From positions 3,872,001 through 3,936,000 of the forward strand of contig OY759316.1 of assembly GCA_963662275.1 (NCBI GenBank): 64,000 nucleotides of DNA, read 5' to 3'. Position 1 is the stretch's first letter, and every line of letters begins with the position of its first letter. Below the pieces are notes generated by a model. The model saw only the letters and a program-made list of their open reading frames with translations. It was not told where the DNA came from and did not search any database. Both the position numbers and the translations under genes were made by a program. This document shows, one piece after another, positions 60,559 to 64,000 of this stretch. Source of the DNA: Candidatus Cloacimonadales bacterium (lineage in GTDB: Bacteria > Cloacimonadota > Cloacimonadia > Cloacimonadales > DAONDQ01).

Positions 60559-62034
60559 TTACTTTCTATGATGCTTTTGCTTGATTAGTTTGATTTTTTC
60601 AATCATGAAATAAATAAAATACAACATGCATCCAATAACTAAGAATTCAGATGCGGACTTATATCTGAGAGCGTCATCCACGGTACTTACTCTGTAATTA
60701 GCAATTGGAAAATAGAAAATATAGATAGCATATATACCAAGATTTAAGCTTGGTACTTTTCGGATTTTCCAGAAATTTAACAGCAAATAGAAAAGAAGTC
60801 CTATATAAACGCAGATATTGATGACAATTGACATCATCTTGAAGAAAACAATGAAAATGGAAGGTAGAATAATTCGGTCTGAATCGGAAAATGGCAGGGG
60901 AATCCGAAGTGAAAGAAGTAATGAAGTATATCTTCGTTGTAAGATCTCTTTACGGTATTGTAGTCTAAGTTGATCATAAAAAGGATCAAGTATTTTCTTT
61001 AATTGTAAACTGCCTTCCAGACCTTCAGGTAAATGATAGTATGCCATAAATAGCGGTCTGGAATGTATAAACATGCCGTATCCATTCACCCGTTCAACAG
61101 GAACAATTTGTTTGTAAATAGAGGCAAAAAAGGGATTACGTAAGAGAGAAGTTTGGGGTGTTTTGGGAAAATAATTCTCTCTTTGATATGCTAATAAGCT
61201 ATCACGAACTTGTAAATAAGTCTGAAATACATATTGATATTCGGGAGATACTTTCGTTGTTGGAGAGATATTTTCATTTAATGTTGTAAAATTATTGGAA
61301 TACAGGTTTTTGGGTCTAATTCCCCAATATCCTCTATGATAATAGTTATATGCTTTCCATACTGAAAATAACAACATGATGATGACAATATATGATGCTA
61401 TATGCATAAGTATTCTTAGCAGGTTGAGCTTGGGCCATTGTCTGATATAAATGACCAATAAGCAGATAAAGGTAAAATATGGGATTCCCAACATATTGAA
61501 CCTGGCAAGAACTGTGAGAACATTGAGTAAGGCTATAAGGGCTAAATAGATAAATTTTGGTTGTTTTGCATATAAGATTGCGAAATAAACCAACAGGATG
61601 AAGATAAATAGCCCTAAGGTTTCACTCAATATCAGATGTCCATACCAAGTGGTAGAGAAAGTGATTAAAAATAAAAAACCCGCCCAATATGGTAATGATT
61701 TGAACCTCTCCCACATATCAAATATCTTAAAAACAATCATGGAACATAAGAAAATTAAGAAAAAATGGAAGTACATCAAAGGATACAGAAACCCAGCTTC
61801 ACCAAAGATCTTCAAAAAAGGGATAATCAGCATTGAATAGAGCGGTGAACGATTTGATAAGTCCAAACTTGTATCTCCATGCCCAAGAAATTCTTTTGCT
61901 AACATGATATAATCACTACTGTCAGAGACTAATCTAGGTTGATAAAACATACTATAAAATAGACAAAGCAAAAATGCAATGAATGAAAACAAGATGAATC
62001 CACGATTCTTCTCAAAACCAATCTTTGTTAACAT
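60559..62034 (-). CDS. Polytopic membrane protein, GT-C (ArnT/PMT-like) glycosyltransferase
   Basis: SDSSDY first loop, RSPLYS, ILSETL, many TM helices. Confidence 0.65.
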   Translation of the reverse strand: MLTKIGFEKNRGFILFSFIAFLLCLFYSMFYQPRLVSDSSDYIMLAKEFLGHGDTSLDLSNRSPLYSMLIIPFLKIFGEAGFLYPLMYFHFFLIFLCSMIVFKIFDMWERFKSLPYWAGFLFLITFSTTWYGHLILSETLGLFIFILLVYFAILYAKQPKFIYLALIALLNVLTVLARFNMLGIPYFTFICLLVIYIRQWPKLNLLRILMHIASYIVIIMLLFSVWKAYNYYHRGYWGIRPKNLYSNNFTTLNENISPTTKVSPEYQYVFQTYLQVRDSLLAYQRENYFPKTPQTSLLRNPFFASIYKQIVPVERVNGYGMFIHSRPLFMAYYHLPEGLEGSLQLKKILDPFYDQLRLQYRKEILQRRYTSLLLSLRIPLPFSDSDRIILPSIFIVFFKMMSIVINICVYIGLLFYLLLNFWKIRKVPSLNLGIYAIYIFYFPIANYRVSTVDDALRYKSASEFLVIGCMLYFIYFMIEKIKLIKQKHHRK

Positions 62035-62570
62035 ATACTACTCCATCAATAATGTAATGATACTTGATGTTGATTACAGTGAGAGTTTTTATTTCTAAAT
62101 GCTTGAATTGAACCTATAGCATAAAACTAACCACTGAGTAAGATTAATAGAAATTGCATTTTAACTTGTCAAGTCTAAATATTTTCATATGTACTCTCAA
62201 TTAATCCAAACTAACTAATATTTGCTTAATAGATGGAATCAGAGAGTTGTAGAGTAAAAAAAGTTCATCCAATTCGATATTTCTCCCGTAAAAGCTGATA
62301 CCATTGTCGAATAAAAGATAGATGTCTAGATGGTTATAGATCAAATAATAGAAAACTATCAAATCGGAATTAGGATTAAAAAAAATCTTGCCATAAACAT
62401 GACAAATGATGGAGTTTACCTATATAATATGAATTATCAATTTATTTGAATGCTATGCTGCATTTAGAATTGGTAAAATGATGGAAAGTTACCTGTATTT
62501 TTTTGACGCTTATGGATATGCAGGGAAATAAAAATTAGTAGAAATAAATGATCAATGTAAGGAGGAATCG

Positions 62571-63671
62571 ATGAAAATATGCATAATAGGTGCTGGTAAT
62601 TCAGGTTGTTCACATGCCTTTAAACTGACAGAACTCGGACATGAAGTTCGGCTTGTAAAAACTTCACATAAATTGCATGATGATTATTTTGCATATATCT
62701 GTAAAGACTCAAAAATTACTGCCATAGATCATACAAACAATGATAAGGAATCAACCCAGACAATCTCACTGATAACCAGGGATTTAAAAGCTGCCATTAG
62801 CGGTGCTGAAGTAGTGTTAGTTATGACGACATCTTTACAGCATGATAACTTAGCACCAATTGTTTCACCTTATTTTGAAGATGGTCAATTAGTATTAATT
62901 ATTCCTGGTAATATGGGCAGCATATTTTTCTCTCATTATATCAAAGCAAACGTAATTTTAGGTGAAGGTGAATCAACACCATTTGATGCCAGGATTGAAG
63001 ATGATATGAAAGTACATATTCTCTTTAAAAATGTTAGAAATGCACTCGCATTCTTACCTTCAGTTAATACCATAAAAGGGATTGAAATTGCCTCAAAAAT
63101 AATCGATACTTATGGTTATACACGAAAGAATGTAATTGAATCCGGATTACATAATCCTAATCTTGTTGTTCATACAATAGGTACAATCATGTCTGCTTCA
63201 CGAATAGAAACAATGAAAGGTGAATTTTGGATGTACAGGGAATCATTCTCACCTGCAATTTGGAATTTAGTCGATCAACTTGACATTGAGAAAAATCAGA
63301 CATTAGTTGCTTATGGTTGTGAACCTCTTGCTTATTTAGATGCCTGCAAATTTAGAAATGAATTTGATTTGTCACAGGATAGCTTGAAAGTGTTTCAGTC
63401 TTATGCTGCAAACGGAGGACCAAAGGGTCCTGTAAATCTGAATACTCGTTTTTTGTTTGAAGATGTTCCCAATGGTTTATGTTTATTGAGTTCATTTGCA
63501 CAGAAAGCAGGTATCACGACTCCCGTCTGTAATTCACTTATTACTGTGGCAAATTCGCTCAAGAAAACCGATTATTGGTCAATTGCCAGAACAGTTGAGC
63601 GCCTTGGAATAGCAAATCTAACAGTTGAGCAGATCTGCCAATTTGTCAACAATGATGGAATGATTGTGTGA
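62571..63671 (+). CDS. Opine (octopine/nopaline) dehydrogenase family protein
   Basis: IIGAGNSG, LHNPNLVVH, RFLFEDVPNGL. Confidence 0.88.
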   Translation: MKICIIGAGNSGCSHAFKLTELGHEVRLVKTSHKLHDDYFAYICKDSKITAIDHTNNDKESTQTISLITRDLKAAISGAEVVLVMTTSLQHDNLAPIVSPYFEDGQLVLIIPGNMGSIFFSHYIKANVILGEGESTPFDARIEDDMKVHILFKNVRNALAFLPSVNTIKGIEIASKIIDTYGYTRKNVIESGLHNPNLVVHTIGTIMSASRIETMKGEFWMYRESFSPAIWNLVDQLDIEKNQTLVAYGCEPLAYLDACKFRNEFDLSQDSLKVFQSYAANGGPKGPVNLNTRFLFEDVPNGLCLLSSFAQKAGITTPVCNSLITVANSLKKTDYWSIARTVERLGIANLTVEQICQFVNNDGMIV

Positions 63672-63864
63672 TACTGAAGATTTATCCTCTTTGATGTTAA
63701 TGAGTAATATAAATAATAACTGATTCAGAGCTTGATTTGTTCATCTTTCAGTACTATTTAGATATTACGTTGTTTTCAAGATAGAGACACCTACAGACAG
63801 ATTACTTAACATCTACACTGTTAATCATGAATGTAATTTCATATTTTTTTCTGTGAGGATTGAA

Positions 63865-64000
63865 ATGGAGCGAAATACTTTTGATGCGATGAAGTTATTC
63901 TTCAAACTTGCCCCTCGTTATTTTTTTTATATGAAAAGCCAGTATTGGGATGAAGAAAGATTTAATGCCTACCAAAATGAGCAATTGATTAAAGTCGTAA
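63865..64000 (+). CDS. Partial CDS, possibly CapK/phenylacetate-CoA ligase-like N-terminus
   Basis: GAGG RBS; open frame MERNTF...KSQYWDEERFNAYQNEQLIKVV runs off window. Confidence 0.5.
   Translation, partial: MERNTFDAMKLFFKLAPRYFFYMKSQYWDEERFNAYQNEQLIKVV

Overview
AT-rich bacterial chromosome segment with no rRNA, tRNA or CRISPR array seen. Strong Shine-Dalgarno use, LPS genes and T9SS/FlgD-like C-terminal sorting domains suggest an FCB-group anaerobe, probably Cloacimonadota (inference). In order: xth; an ECF sigma/anti-sigma/Spy metal-stress module; a type II R-M pair translationally coupled to asd; pepT; a secreted FG-GAP protein; a six-gene DsbD-TlpA-beta-barrel-Omp28 operon in which every protein has a cysteine pair; a mannoside utilisation locus with unusual ABC subunits; a bounded IS (TIRs plus 8-bp TSD) beside a putative TIR-like/HEPN defence islet; an AllFGH-cyclase-xanthine-dehydrogenase-family cluster; and 2,6-dideoxy-aminosugar genes. 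At DNA level the window carries several REP-like hairpin families. Some are inserted in frame in at least four intact genes, some supply stop codons, and one inverted pair brackets the defence islet. Also present: a covarying 64-65 bp hairpin family, a group II intron 5' fragment and orphan copies of a secretion-signal tail. All calls come from motif recognition by eye; no database search or computation was run.
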